A stretch of 64,000 nucleotides of DNA, taken from assembly GCA_963719315.1 (NCBI GenBank), contig CAVRBU010000002.1, positions 192,001-256,000 on the forward strand. Reading direction: 5' to 3'. The notes beneath the pieces were generated by a model. That model was not told the DNA's origin. It did no database searches and saw only the letters and a program-made list of their open reading frames with translations. Positions 9,502 to 20,790 of this stretch are shown here, piece by piece. Positions within the stretch are counted from its first letter, which is position 1, and each line of letters begins with the position of its first letter. A program made the position numbers and the translations under genes. This stretch comes from an uncultured Planctomycetota bacterium. GTDB lineage: Bacteria > Planctomycetota > Planctomycetia > Pirellulales > Lacipirellulaceae.

Positions 9502-10883
9502 ATGGAAGCCACGCTGCTCGACAACCTGAACTCGACCATGACGGCGTCGCTCTCCGGCACCGTTGCGGAAACGATTGGCATGACTGTGTCGGTTGCCGAT
9601 TTTCCGGCGCCGATCGGTGCCGTCGTGCGGATCGACCGCGACGGCGACGACGCCTGCGACGGCGAAGTTGTCGGCTTTCGCGATGGCCAGACACTGGTCT
9701 ATTTGCAGTCGGCCACCACCGGCGTGCGGCGCGGCAATCGTGTGCGAATGAAACGCACTTATCGAACGCTCAAAGTCGGTCCAGCGTTATTGGGACGAGT
9801 AATCGACGCTCACGGCCAATGTATTGACGGCCGGCCGGGACCAATGCTATCGGATCGCGTGCGTATCGACCGATTGCCGCCTGCGGCCACCGAGCGGCCA
9901 AGAATTCGTGAGCCGCTCGCCACCGGCGTGCATGCGATCGATTCGCTGCTCACCTGCGGCAGAGGCCAACGATTGGGTATTTTTGCGGGCTCCGGCGTGG
10001 GCAAGAGCGTGCTCATGGGAATGATGAGCCGCTACACGAATGCCGACATCATCGTCACCGGGTTAATCGGCGAGCGCGGCCGTGAAGTCAATGAATTTTT
10101 GGAACGCGATCTTGGTGCCGAGGGAATGAAACGCAGCGTCGTTGTAGTCGCGACGAGCAATGAATCAGCGCTCACGCGCGTTCAGGCCGCGTTGACCGCA
10201 ACGGCCGTCGCCGAGTATTTCCGCGACCAAGGCAAGCAAGTGCTGCTGCTCATGGACTCGGTGACTCGCTTCGCAATGGCGCAACGCGAAATCGGTCTGG
10301 CCGCGGGCGAGCCCCCGGCGACTCGTGGCTATCCGCCTTCGATGTTCGCGCTCTTACCGCGACTAGTCGAGCGGGCCGGGCAGAGGCGCAGGGCAGCATA
10401 ACAGCCTTTTACACCGTGCTCGTCGAAGGTGACGACGAAAACGAACCAGTAGCCGATGCCATGCGCGGTTTGCTCGATGGCCACGTGTGGCTTTCGCGGA
10501 AGTTGGCGGGCCGCGGACACTACCCGGCGATCGATGTAATGGCCAGCATCAGCCGCGTGATGAAAGACATCATTACACCGCAACATCAAGCGGCAGCGCT
10601 CACGATTCGGCAGCTTCTAGCGGCCCATGCCGAAAACGAAGACTTGCTCTCGATCGGCGCCTATCGCCGCGGCAGCAATCGTAGCGTGGATGTGGCCGTT
10701 GAAATGCGCGAAGCAATCGAGGAGTTGCTGCGGCAATCGGTGGATTCCGCTTTGCCTTACGACCAGGTCGTAGAGCAGTTGACGACTCTAGCAGATCTAT
10801 GTCAGACGAAGCTCGCGGCGACGGCGGCGGTCAATGCGCCCTTGGCTCCGGCTGGTGGCGCGGCCGGACTCCGCGTTAGTTAG
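9502..10883 (+). CDS. fliI: Flagellar export ATPase FliI, frameshift near 10381-10390
   Basis: GIFAGSGVGKS, IGERGREV, MDSVTRFAMAQRE; the second frame gives GSITAFYTVLVEGDD...LDGHVWLSRKLA. Confidence 0.93.
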
Positions 10884-10945
10884 TAACTAAAAAGCAACTC
10901 GATGTGCAATAGCGGGAAGTCAACCAAAAAAGCTGATATACGAGA

Positions 10946-11404
10946 ATGGCGAAATACAAGTTTCGACTCGAAACACTGCAGAAAGTCCGCGAGGCGCGTC
11001 GCGACGAACAGCGCACTTCGCTGGCCGAGGCGTTTCGCGCCGAACAGGTGTTGGCCGAAAGCCGGACGGAAGTGGCGGCTGAAACAGAACAACTGCGGAT
11101 CCTGCAACGGACGGCGACAGCCGGCCAATACACCAACGTAAACCAACTGCTGGAAGCACAACGCTACGAACTATTGCTCAAAGCACGCAGCCAGGAACTC
11201 ACGAAACAGGCCATCCTGCTAGCGGCCGAAACGGAGCGACGCCGTCAAATGTTAGTCGAGGCCGATCGCGAAGTCCGCGTGCTGGAATTGCTCGATGAAC
11301 GGCACCAAAGTGAATTCATGAAAGAGCAGCAGCGGCAGGAAACGAAACAACTTGACGAAATCGCCGCCAATGGCTGGCTCGGCGATCGCTGGGCGGCACA
11401 ATGA
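10946..11404 (+). CDS. fliJ: Flagellar export protein FliJ
   Basis: KFRLETLQKVRE start, coiled coil, ETKQLDE terminus; follows fliI. Confidence 0.85.
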   Translation: MAKYKFRLETLQKVREARRDEQRTSLAEAFRAEQVLAESRTEVAAETEQLRILQRTATAGQYTNVNQLLEAQRYELLLKARSQELTKQAILLAAETERRRQMLVEADREVRVLELLDERHQSEFMKEQQRQETKQLDEIAANGWLGDRWAAQ

Positions 11405-12090
11405 GCAAACTCATCGACATCCTGTTCAGTTTGATCGCGTACGTGTGCGTGGCGACGGTGATCACGCTTGCGCTCGTGCTGGGGTATTTGTGGCACAGCG
11501 ACCAATTGACGAACGACAAGGTGTTCCGCTTGCTCGCTGTGATGCAGGACATCGATCTACAACAAATGGCCGCAGCCGAAAACAAGTCGCCCAACGAAGT
11601 GCCGCCGGCCGAGCCGTCGCTCAACGAAGTGATGCACCACCAGCAAGTGCAAGACCGCAACTTCGAGGTGAAACAGCTCGCCCTGCAGCGTGGCAAACAG
11701 GACTACGACAACGCACTCCAAAAGTTGAACGTAAAAATCGATCGCTACGATCGGGTAGCGCAGGAATGGCAGAGTCGATTGAAACAGGAGCAAGAAATAA
11801 CGAACCAACAAAACGTGGCCAAGGTCGTCAGCCAACTCGAACAGGTCAGCCCCGAAGTGGGCAAAGATCAACTCCGGAAGTGGATCGCCGAAAAGAAAAT
11901 GGATGATGCAATCATGCTGATGAGCAAAATGTCCGAGAACAAACTGGCGAAAATCCTCAAAACATTCGAAACGGATGAAGAGCTCACGCAGTTGCACGAA
12001 ATTCACGAACGAATCTTGAGCAGCGGGGCGACCAACTCGAAGTTGGAACAAGCGTTAGGCGAGCTCGACGCGGTGGATGGCAAGAAGTGA
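11401..12090 (+). CDS. Membrane-anchored coiled-coil flagellar protein (MotE/MgtE-N-like C-terminus)
   Basis: N-terminal TM, coiled coil, LMSKMSENKLAKIL; position between fliJ and fliK. Confidence 0.55.
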   Translation: MSKLIDILFSLIAYVCVATVITLALVLGYLWHSDQLTNDKVFRLLAVMQDIDLQQMAAAENKSPNEVPPAEPSLNEVMHHQQVQDRNFEVKQLALQRGKQDYDNALQKLNVKIDRYDRVAQEWQSRLKQEQEITNQQNVAKVVSQLEQVSPEVGKDQLRKWIAEKKMDDAIMLMSKMSENKLAKILKTFETDEELTQLHEIHERILSSGATNSKLEQALGELDAVDGKK

Positions 12091-12117
12091 CCGACCAGCA
12101 TCAAAGTCGGGTTTAGT

Positions 12118-13734
12118 ATGAGCCAAACCAATACCGATTTTCTGTTGCAAGTGATCGCGCAAACCGCGGATCGTGCCCCCAGCACGGCGCGAACGGGCGG
12201 CGACTCGGCAGGCTTTGACAACCATCTGAGCCAGGCCTCGGCGTCCGTCTTCGACGTGGTGCGCCCCTTCAATCGCAATGATACGGCGCCAAGCTTTGCG
12301 ACATCCGATCATCGGCCGGACCGGTCGAGCTATGATTCACCTGTGAGCGACGCGAATTCGAGGCCGAGCGATACGGCGAAGCCACCCATTGAAACTACTT
12401 GCAATTCAACAGGCTCACCGTCAAGCTCCACGCAGCCGTGCCGTAACGCCGACGAGACGGAAAACGCGACTAACGACAGCGGCGATGAACATCGCGATAA
12501 GGACCCGGCAAACGAAGAACTAGGGACTGGGCTCGCCGGCGCAGCACAGGCTACTGCTAAAGAGACCACCAAATCCGACGCTTCGACGACACGTGAAGAC
12601 GAACGCCACGCGACAAAGCCATTGAAAGACCAGGCCGTAAAAGAAGCCGCTGAGTCTTTGGCCCAACATAGAGCGAGGACCGACAAAGCATCTGAAGAAG
12701 CCGATGCGAAGAAAATCAATGCTAAGGCCACATTAGAGGCGACGACGGATGAGCAGCCTGCGAGTGAAGCCGCAGCTTATTCGGAAGGCGGCATAAAGGC
12801 GACCGACAAGGCAAAGCACGGAGAACTCACAGAAGCGGTTCACGCTGCGACCGTAGCGAAGGGCGCAGTGCAAAGCGAAGAACCAGCGGAGAAAGGTAAT
12901 ACGGCGAAAGATGCCGATGTGCCAGTTCACGCAGAGGGTAAGCCAGTTTCTGCGACTGCAAAACGGGCGGCTGGCTCCGCCGAACAAGACAAATCGTCCG
13001 ACGATGATTCTCGAAGAAGTGCAAAGGCGACTACCCTTGCAATCGATCGCAACGATGTGGGAGCAATCACCAACAATCCAAACAAGTCTTCCGTCGCAGC
13101 CGTCTTGGCCAATATCGCTGATTCATCCAAGGACGGCGGCGCATCAAAAGATTCAAGCGAAAAAGTCGCCAAACAAATTGCGGCGAAGACCGAATCAGCA
13201 GTCGGACCGCTCGGCCGCGCCTTACGATCGACGATCGAAGGCACCCGCGGCGGCCGCCTCACTGGCGCCGATGAAACTCCTCAGGTGGATCCGGCCCGGT
13301 TTGTCGGCCGCGTAGCCAAGGCGTTTCACACGGCCCACGAACGGGGCGGCACGTTGCAATTGCGGCTCAGCCCACCGGAGCTTGGCGCATTAAGGATTCA
13401 GCTCACCGTGAAAGACGGCGTCATGTCTGCGTCCTTGGAAACGGATAACGCCAGCGCACGGCGAGTTCTGTTAGACCATCTGCCGATGCTCCGCGATCGC
13501 CTGGCCGAGCAAAACATCCGCGTCGACCGATTCGACGTGGATGTGCGGCAGGAAAACTCGGGCGGCCAAGCGAACCCGCACGGATCAAATCAGCATCCGC
13601 ATCAACCGCAGCCTGAACGAGCGGAGCCGCGGCGATTCGCGAACGCTCAGAAGCGCGCATCGGAAACCGAATTGCCAATACCGCAGACGGCTGCGGCTCG
13701 GATGACCAACAACGAGATCAATTTGGTGATTTAG
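12118..13734 (+). CDS. fliK: Hook-length control protein FliK
   Basis: Long disordered N-terminus plus LRLSPPELGALRIQL...LRDRLAEQNI C-domain. Confidence 0.9.
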   Translation: MSQTNTDFLLQVIAQTADRAPSTARTGGDSAGFDNHLSQASASVFDVVRPFNRNDTAPSFATSDHRPDRSSYDSPVSDANSRPSDTAKPPIETTCNSTGSPSSSTQPCRNADETENATNDSGDEHRDKDPANEELGTGLAGAAQATAKETTKSDASTTREDERHATKPLKDQAVKEAAESLAQHRARTDKASEEADAKKINAKATLEATTDEQPASEAAAYSEGGIKATDKAKHGELTEAVHAATVAKGAVQSEEPAEKGNTAKDADVPVHAEGKPVSATAKRAAGSAEQDKSSDDDSRRSAKATTLAIDRNDVGAITNNPNKSSVAAVLANIADSSKDGGASKDSSEKVAKQIAAKTESAVGPLGRALRSTIEGTRGGRLTGADETPQVDPARFVGRVAKAFHTAHERGGTLQLRLSPPELGALRIQLTVKDGVMSASLETDNASARRVLLDHLPMLRDRLAEQNIRVDRFDVDVRQENSGGQANPHGSNQHPHQPQPERAEPRRFANAQKRASETELPIPQTAAARMTNNEINLVI

Positions 13735-13793
13735 GAACCGTCACAAACGAACTCTCCCCTAACCTCTCCTTTAAAGGGATTGGAAATCGAATC

Positions 13794-14618
13794 ATGGCCG
13801 GAATTACAGCTACTTCATCCTCTTCGTCGACCTCGAACAAAAGTTCGGCCTCGACCGCCGATGCGATCAACGATCTCGATTTGGGTGATTTTCTGAACCT
13901 GATGATCAAGGAGCTTCAGAACCAAGACCCGCTGAATCCGTTGGACAACAAGGACATGCTGGCTCAGATCAGCCAAATCCGGCAAGTTGGTTCAACGGAC
14001 AAGCTAACGCAAACGCTCGATTCCGTGCTCCTTGGTCAAAACATTTCAAGTGCCACGAATTTGATCGGCGCTCAGGTTTCGGCGCTCTCGGACGACGGCG
14101 AAAAGGTGAACGGCATCGTCGATCGAATTTCCATCGACAAAGGCACGCCGAAGTTGCACGTCGAGAACCCGGCGGACGTCGTGCCATCGACCGCCTCAGA
14201 CGGTGAAGTGGAAGCCGGAAAGTATAGCTATCGCGTCGTCTGGCCGGATGACAAGGGCAACCTCATTGGACTCGATTTTTCCGGCGACAAAGCGATCACC
14301 ACGACGGGCACCGCGGACAAAGACAAAGCGATTACGATTCAGAATTTGCCGGCCACCTCGACGCAGAAGCAGGTATACCGCACCGATAAAACGGGCGAGG
14401 GCGCCTATCAACTCGTGGGCACGATCACGAACGGCAAACAAGGCTCGTTTGTCGACAAGCTTGCAGACAGTGATCGCAACGGCGCGCGATTGACGAGCGA
14501 CTTTTCGCGGTCGGCGATCGTCGCACGCTCGTACGAGGTGAGTCTCAACAATATTTCCGAGATCCAACCGCCGGCGCTGGCTGCGTCGAGCCTTACCGAT
14601 TTACCGACCGACAAATAA
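13794..14618 (+). CDS. flgD: Hook cap protein FlgD with an inserted extra domain
   Basis: DFLNLMIKELQNQDPLNP motif; ~120-aa insert between PKLHV and YEVSLNNISEI. Confidence 0.9.
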   Translation: MAGITATSSSSSTSNKSSASTADAINDLDLGDFLNLMIKELQNQDPLNPLDNKDMLAQISQIRQVGSTDKLTQTLDSVLLGQNISSATNLIGAQVSALSDDGEKVNGIVDRISIDKGTPKLHVENPADVVPSTASDGEVEAGKYSYRVVWPDDKGNLIGLDFSGDKAITTTGTADKDKAITIQNLPATSTQKQVYRTDKTGEGAYQLVGTITNGKQGSFVDKLADSDRNGARLTSDFSRSAIVARSYEVSLNNISEIQPPALAASSLTDLPTDK

Positions 14619-14708
14619 CCGTTAATTGCACGTCAGCCTTTCCAGGCTGACCCACCAACCACAGCCAGGCTGCAAAGCCTGCCACACATTCTTGGGGAGG
14701 AGAAAACG

Positions 14709-17147
14709 ATGGGACTGCAATCCGCCATGACGACGGCCCTCACGGGCCTGCAAGCTGCCGAAACGACGATCGACGTCGTGGGCAACAACGTCGCCAATTC
14801 GAACACGGTCGGCTTCAAGGAGTCGAACGTGTTATTCGCCACGCAATTCCTGCAAACGCAAAGCATCGGCTCGGCGCCCAACGCGTCGAATGGTGGCACG
14901 AACCCCCGCCAGATCGGTCTCGGTGTGACTGTGGCGGAAATCGCGCCCGACTTCACGCAAGGTACGATCCAAGTCAGCGCCAATCCGCTGGACCTCGCCA
15001 TCCAAGGCGACGGTTTTTTCATCGTGCAAGGCTCCGGCGGCGGCAGTCAGGAGTATTACACGCGCACCGGTCAATTCAAAACGAATGCCATCAATGAACT
15101 CACGACGGCCACCGGCAACCGCGTACTCGGTTATGGAGTGAACGACGAATTCGTAATCGATACGAACCAGATCGTGCCGCTTACGATTCCCTTCGGCGGC
15201 TCCGCCATTGCGCAAGAGACCAACAATGTCTACCTGACCGGCAACCTGCTACCGCTACCGGAGGGCATCGCGCATCAACCCGGCGTGATCGATTCCGTGG
15301 TGCTCAGCGACAATTCGATTGAAATCCCCGGCAACATTGGCGTGGGAGATGTGCAACAGGTGGCGACCCCGCCGGCTGGCGCCGCCGCCGCGCAGGGCGT
15401 GGGCACCGGCTCGGTCGGACAGGGCACGTACAGCTATCGCATCGCGTTCGTCGATCCGACAGCCATCGCGGGGCACGACGAAGGTCCAGCTTCGATTGCA
15501 TTCGGCGCAATCAGCATTCCGGCGGCGGGCACGGACTCCATTTCGCTGACTGGCCTGCCGACGTCGACCGACCCAACCGTATTCACGATGAAGCGGCTGT
15601 ATCGAATCGATACGAGCGATCCAAGCGGCGTATATCAGCTCGTCGCCCAAATGAATGAAAACGTGACGACCTATAACGACCAGGCTGCTACTGCGTCTCT
15701 CGGGCCCGAAACGCTCAACACGGATAGTGTCAACAAGACGAACTACAACTATTTCATCACGTTTACCGCCCCGGGCCTCGAAAGCCGGCCGACAAATGAA
15801 TCGGCGACGATGTCGGTCTCCGTCGACAACCAGCGCATCCGGCTCGAAAACATACCGCAGCCGGAGCCAGGTTCGCAATTTACCAATATCCGCATCTATC
15901 GCAACGTCAATGGACAACCCGGCAATTATTATCTGGTCGACGAAGTCCCAACGGGAACGACCGCCTACATCGACAACGCGCCGGACGCCGTTATTCTCAA
16001 TCCGACCAATCTTCTCGATCGCAACGGGCCGCCCGTTAACACCGGCCTGCCACTCGTGGATGTGTCGACATTCGACGGTGCGAGCTACGTGAACCTGTTC
16101 CAACCCGGCACATTACAGTTCACCGGTAGCAAAGGCGCCACGGGTGGACTGGACCTCGCGCCGAAAGAGCTCGCGATTACGACTTCGACAACAGTTGCCG
16201 ATTTGATCATGTTCATGCAGCAATCGCTCGGCATCCTAACATCGTCGCCTGACCCAGATCATCCAATCACCGGGAATCCCGGTGGAACTTTGACGGGCGA
16301 TAGCCGGATCCAGTTCGAATCGAACGACGGCATCGCGAACGCGGTCAGCGTAAAACCATCGGCCTTCCGCTTGATCACCGCGGGTGGTACCCCTCAATCA
16401 ATACCACTCGCGTTTTCGACGACGCAAGTAGCCGACGGAACCGGTTCGTCTTCGGAAATGATCGCTTACGACAGTTTGGGCATTCCGATGACGGTACGTC
16501 TAACGACCGTGCTCGAATCGACGAGTAACGGCGTGACCACCTATCGTTGGTACGCAACTTCTCCGGATAACGAACCGTCGAGTGGCGTCGACACGAATGT
16601 CGGCACCGGGTTGATTACCTTCAGCGGCACCGGACAATTCATTTCCGCTACCGATAATACAGTTTCAATTCAGCGACTCGATGTGGCATCGAACACGCCC
16701 GTCACGTTCGACTTGGATTTCGGGCAGATCACCGCGCTGAGCACAAACAATTCGGGTATTAAAGTTTCGAGCCAGGATGGTTTCGCCGCCGGTACGCTGG
16801 CGAGCTTTTCGTTCACCGAAACCGGCCGAATCAAAGGCGTGTATACAAATGGTGTGACGCGCGATCTCGGACAAATGCTGATGGCGCGGTTCGCCAACAG
16901 CGGAGGTCTGCAGCAGATCGGCGACAATCTTTGGGCCCAAGGAGTCAACTCCGGTGAGCCCTTGCGCGATATTCCGGGCACGAACGGCATCGGTTCGCTC
17001 ACCTCCGGCGCGGTTGAACTCTCAAATACGGACATTGGCCAGAATCTGATCGACTTGATCCTGGCCTCGACGCAATACCGCGGCGGCACGCGGGTGATCA
17101 CATCGGCGCAGCAATTGCTCGATGAACTATTGAATTTGCGGAGATAA
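14709..17147 (+). CDS. flgE: Hook protein FlgE (812 aa, expanded central region)
   Basis: VVGNNVANSNTVGFK, LDLAIQGDGFF, YTRTGQF, SGAVELSNTD C-terminus. Confidence 0.93.
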   Translation: MGLQSAMTTALTGLQAAETTIDVVGNNVANSNTVGFKESNVLFATQFLQTQSIGSAPNASNGGTNPRQIGLGVTVAEIAPDFTQGTIQVSANPLDLAIQGDGFFIVQGSGGGSQEYYTRTGQFKTNAINELTTATGNRVLGYGVNDEFVIDTNQIVPLTIPFGGSAIAQETNNVYLTGNLLPLPEGIAHQPGVIDSVVLSDNSIEIPGNIGVGDVQQVATPPAGAAAAQGVGTGSVGQGTYSYRIAFVDPTAIAGHDEGPASIAFGAISIPAAGTDSISLTGLPTSTDPTVFTMKRLYRIDTSDPSGVYQLVAQMNENVTTYNDQAATASLGPETLNTDSVNKTNYNYFITFTAPGLESRPTNESATMSVSVDNQRIRLENIPQPEPGSQFTNIRIYRNVNGQPGNYYLVDEVPTGTTAYIDNAPDAVILNPTNLLDRNGPPVNTGLPLVDVSTFDGASYVNLFQPGTLQFTGSKGATGGLDLAPKELAITTSTTVADLIMFMQQSLGILTSSPDPDHPITGNPGGTLTGDSRIQFESNDGIANAVSVKPSAFRLITAGGTPQSIPLAFSTTQVADGTGSSSEMIAYDSLGIPMTVRLTTVLESTSNGVTTYRWYATSPDNEPSSGVDTNVGTGLITFSGTGQFISATDNTVSIQRLDVASNTPVTFDLDFGQITALSTNNSGIKVSSQDGFAAGTLASFSFTETGRIKGVYTNGVTRDLGQMLMARFANSGGLQQIGDNLWAQGVNSGEPLRDIPGTNGIGSLTSGAVELSNTDIGQNLIDLILASTQYRGGTRVITSAQQLLDELLNLRR

Positions 17148-17317
17148 ATCGCCCCGCGCTCGCGTAGCTGAATTCGCAAGAATTCAGCTACCAATAATCC
17201 GTTCCTCCACGTGCGCCAGCGTAAGCTACCTTTGCAAAATGCCGCCGTGCTCTCGTTGTGCGTGCGGTTCGATTGCAACCAGGGTACGCATTGTACCAGT
17301 TAGTGGAGGCTCGCCCC

Positions 17318-17911
17318 GTGGCCGACGCACAAGTAGAACAGCCAGAACCAGAAACGCCCGCCGAAGCGCCGAAGCGAAAAAGCCGAGGAATGCTACGCGT
17401 GGTGAAGGCCGTAGCGTTTGTATCGGTCATCGTGGTCGTGCAAATTGTCGTCGCCTCGATGCTAGCACCCTCGACGAAGGACACGGAGAAACTTGCCCAA
17501 AAACTAGTGGCTGCGTCGCACGGCAAGGCAGAGGCCGGCCAAGAAGAGAGTGGGAACAAGCCCGAGGCCTCTGAATCGCTTAACGAGGAAGACCTGCACG
17601 AAGTGGAGCTCGGCACGTACAACGTCACGCGATTTAATCCCGCGACAAACACCACGCTGGCAATCGATTTCGAAGTGTTCGGCACCGTGCTAGCGAACGA
17701 TGCCGCCGAATTCGAGCATCGCTTCGAAAAAAGCAATGCCCGCATTCGCGAGCAAATTACACTGACCATGCACGGCGCCGATTCGGCCGACCTGACCGAC
17801 GCCGGGTTGGGGTTGATTAAACGGCAGATATTGGAGAAAACCAACCGCGCGTTGGGCCAGCCGCTGCTCAAGGAAGTGCTGTTCAGCAAGTTCAATTTCG
17901 TGGAGCGGTAA
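17318..17911 (+). CDS. fliL: Flagellar protein FliL
   Basis: GTG start after GGAGG; single TM; IKRQILEKTNRALG...EVLFSKF C-terminus. Confidence 0.8.
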   Translation: MADAQVEQPEPETPAEAPKRKSRGMLRVVKAVAFVSVIVVVQIVVASMLAPSTKDTEKLAQKLVAASHGKAEAGQEESGNKPEASESLNEEDLHEVELGTYNVTRFNPATNTTLAIDFEVFGTVLANDAAEFEHRFEKSNARIREQITLTMHGADSADLTDAGLGLIKRQILEKTNRALGQPLLKEVLFSKFNFVER

Positions 17912-17989
17912 TCACGTGGCCGCGTCTCTCCGAGACGCGACTTAGAGTTTCGGGAAAACTCGACTACGAACAAGTAAGAATGGATTCCG

Positions 17990-18472
17990 ATGCCGGACGA
18001 GCCGCAACAACTTGGGACCGAAGAAGCCGCGCAACTGATGGGCGGCGCCCAGGCGGTGGACGATGCCGCGGCAGTGTCCAAGGTCGATCAAGCCAGCATC
18101 GATTCCTTGCTCAGTGAGGCACAGTCGGCGCTGTCGTCACTCGATGAGCCACAGGCGTCGTTGCCTCCCGGCGTGAAAGCGTTTGAATTCAAGGATTTGT
18201 ACGGCGCTCAGGCCGCAAATGAGCAAGCCAGCCTGGATCTGCTTCACGATGTTCAACTCGATCTTAAGATCGAGCTGGGCCGAACACAGATGCATCTCGA
18301 AGAGGTGCTCCGCTTGAAACAGGGCGCCGTTGTCACGCTCGATAAGCTGGCGGGTGATCCGGTCGACATCTACGCCAACGGCCGGCTGATCGCGCGCGGC
18401 GAAGTGCTCGTGCTCAACGACAATTTCTGCGTGCGTGTCGCCGAGCTAATCGCTGGCGACGGAGCCAACTAG
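17990..18472 (+). CDS. fliN: C-ring protein FliN
   Basis: [18 protein letters not shown]...[23 protein letters not shown] (SpoA domain). Confidence 0.92.
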   Translation: MPDEPQQLGTEEAAQLMGGAQAVDDAAAVSKVDQASIDSLLSEAQSALSSLDEPQASLPPGVKAFEFKDLYGAQAANEQASLDLLHDVQLDLKIELGRTQMHLEEVLRLKQGAVVTLDKLAGDPVDIYANGRLIARGEVLVLNDNFCVRVAELIAGDGAN

Positions 18473-18708
18473 CGCACCCACTACGTTAACCCCCTGATCG
18501 CAGCCCGCAGCGCAAGCAATGGTTTTGTGCGCCGCCGCTCCTTTGCTTGCGCTGCAAGCTTCAATCATTCTTTGATTCGACTTTGCCCTGGCTCAATTCG
18601 GGCCATCATTCTATAAGCTACCACCGCGCAATCGCTGCGCACTCTTCTTAGTCCTTCTCTTCGCTGGCATTCGGAGGCGGCGGCCCCAAACCGACCGTCT
18701 ATCAATTC

Positions 18709-19568
18709 ATGTTGCGATCCATGAGATTTGCTGCGCTCAGTCTGCCCGCGATGTTGCTCGCCGCGCCGCTCGCCGGTCAAACGACGCCCGCGCCTCCAGA
18801 TTGGCAGGACGGCCGCGGCGCATCGGTGTACGTGGAAACGAACCAACACCCTCCTGTGAGCAGCGGCCCAAACGATACAGAGCGCTATGCTCGCGCAGCC
18901 AACCGGTGGAGATCGATCCCCCGGTCACAGCCACGCCGGTGGCGATGCCAAAGTTCGATTCCGCGGTCGTACCTGCCGTTCATGAAGCGCCCGCGACTGA
19001 AAGTGAATCGTCCGCGCGACGACTGGCGCCGCCTACCAACCGGAGCGAATTGCCGTCGGAGCAAAGCGGGCATTCGAGCGCAGCGGCGCATCGAATGTTG
19101 GACTTCGGCTTCCCCGCTCAGTCGATGTACACAATCGTCACTGCACTCGCCATCGTCATCGGAGCGTTTCTCCTGTTCGCATGGGCGTTACGACGTAGCA
19201 GCAAAAACGCCGGCGGGCGACGCGGCATGTTACCGACCGACGCGGTAAGCGTGCTCGGTCGCGTGCCCCTCGCCGCCCGCCAATTCGCCGAACTCTTGCG
19301 CGTCGGCAACAAGCTTGTACTTGTGGCACTTACGCCCAATGGCCCTACCCCGCTAACGGAAGTCACCGACCCCGTGGAAGTTGATCGCCTGGTTGGACTG
19401 TGCCAGCAATTCGACCCACACAGTACAACGAAGGCGTTCGAACAAGTCTTCCAGCAACTATCGAGCGATCCGACCGCCGGAGGTTTCCTGGGCGGCGAAC
19501 CATTGCCGCAGTCGCTCTCGTCGGCGGCCTCGGCCTATCGCAGTCATCGAGGAGCCGCGCGTGTTTAG
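18709..19568 (+). CDS. FliO-like protein with N-terminal signal-like segment; frameshift near 18890-18900
   Basis: TM followed by [27 protein letters not shown] (FliO-type); lies between fliN and fliP. Confidence 0.7.
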
Positions 19569-20406
19569 AACGGGCCGCAACTCATTCGTGAAATTCGCGG
19601 TAGCGCTCGGCGCGTTTCTGCTGTTCGCTGCGCCGGCACTTGCGCAAATCGATTCGCCGGCTGCATCGCTGCTGCCAAAAGGCATCGGCGGTCCGGCCGA
19701 CTGGACCAGCCCACAGGGCCTGGCGTCGACGCTGCAGATCATGCTGCTGCTGACGGTGGTCAGCCTTGCTCCGGCCATCTTGCTCATGACCACCGGGTTT
19801 GTGCGAATCATTGTCGTGCTCGGTCTGCTGCGTCAAGCACTCGGCACCCAGCAACTGCCACCAAGCCAGGTCATCACATCCATCGCGCTCTTCATGACGC
19901 TGCTACTCATGGCGCCCGTGTGGAGCGAGTCGTATGAAAAGGGTATTAAGCCCTACACGAACAGCGAAATCGGGCTCAATGAGGCGTTCAATCAGGCCGT
20001 GGCGCCCGTGCGCCGATTCATGGCGCACCAGATTCAGTTGACCAAAAACGACGACGACGTCTATCTGTTTCTACGATACATGCCACCGGAGGCCGACGCG
20101 AGCAGCGCGCCGCCGAATTATGTGTACTACGATGCTGCCGAAGGCGAGCGCGAAGTGCCGCTTGTGGCTCTTCTGCCGGCGTTCATGCTCAGCGAACTAA
20201 AGACGGCGTTCTTGATCGGTTTCCAGATTTATTTACCGTTTGTGATTCTCGACATCGTCGTGGCCAGCGTGACGATCTCGATGGGCATGCTCATGCTGCC
20301 ACCGGTGCTCGTATCATTGCCGTTCAAACTGCTACTGTTCGTGCTGCTCGATGGATGGCATCTAGTGGTAGAAATGCTGCTGCAAAGTTTTCATTTAATA
20401 ACGTGA
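19561..20406 (+). CDS. fliP: Export gate protein FliP
   Basis: [54 protein letters not shown]. Confidence 0.95.
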   Translation: MFRTGRNSFVKFAVALGAFLLFAAPALAQIDSPAASLLPKGIGGPADWTSPQGLASTLQIMLLLTVVSLAPAILLMTTGFVRIIVVLGLLRQALGTQQLPPSQVITSIALFMTLLLMAPVWSESYEKGIKPYTNSEIGLNEAFNQAVAPVRRFMAHQIQLTKNDDDVYLFLRYMPPEADASSAPPNYVYYDAAEGEREVPLVALLPAFMLSELKTAFLIGFQIYLPFVILDIVVASVTISMGMLMLPPVLVSLPFKLLLFVLLDGWHLVVEMLLQSFHLIT

Positions 20407-20444
20407 CGTATTTCCCGACCCTCAACCCTCAACCCTCAACCCTC

Positions 20445-20711
20445 ATGAACCCACAGGATGCCATTGATCTGGGACGCGAGGCGCTTGTTGTCGCGACGCT
20501 GATTGCCGCGCCGGTCCTGTTGGCTGGAATGCTCGTGGGACTCCTCGTCGGCTTGCTTCAGGCGCTCACGCAGATTCAAGAACAAACGGTGGCGTTCGTG
20601 CCGAAGTTGATCGCGATGGTGCTAGCGATTGGGATATCGATGCCGTGGGTCATCACGCGGCTCGTCGAGTATTCGCGCGAACTGATCCACAACATCCCGA
20701 ATTCGCTCTGA
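20445..20711 (+). CDS. fliQ: Export gate protein FliQ
   Basis: GLLQALTQIQEQTVAFVPKL. Confidence 0.95.
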   Translation: MNPQDAIDLGREALVVATLIAAPVLLAGMLVGLLVGLLQALTQIQEQTVAFVPKLIAMVLAIGISMPWVITRLVEYSRELIHNIPNSL

Positions 20712-20790
20712 CCGTAGGTGTCGCGAGCCGAGCTGCACCTGATCCAAGCTCGACGCCGAATGTCCGGCTTTGGTTCTGCATGATTGCAAC

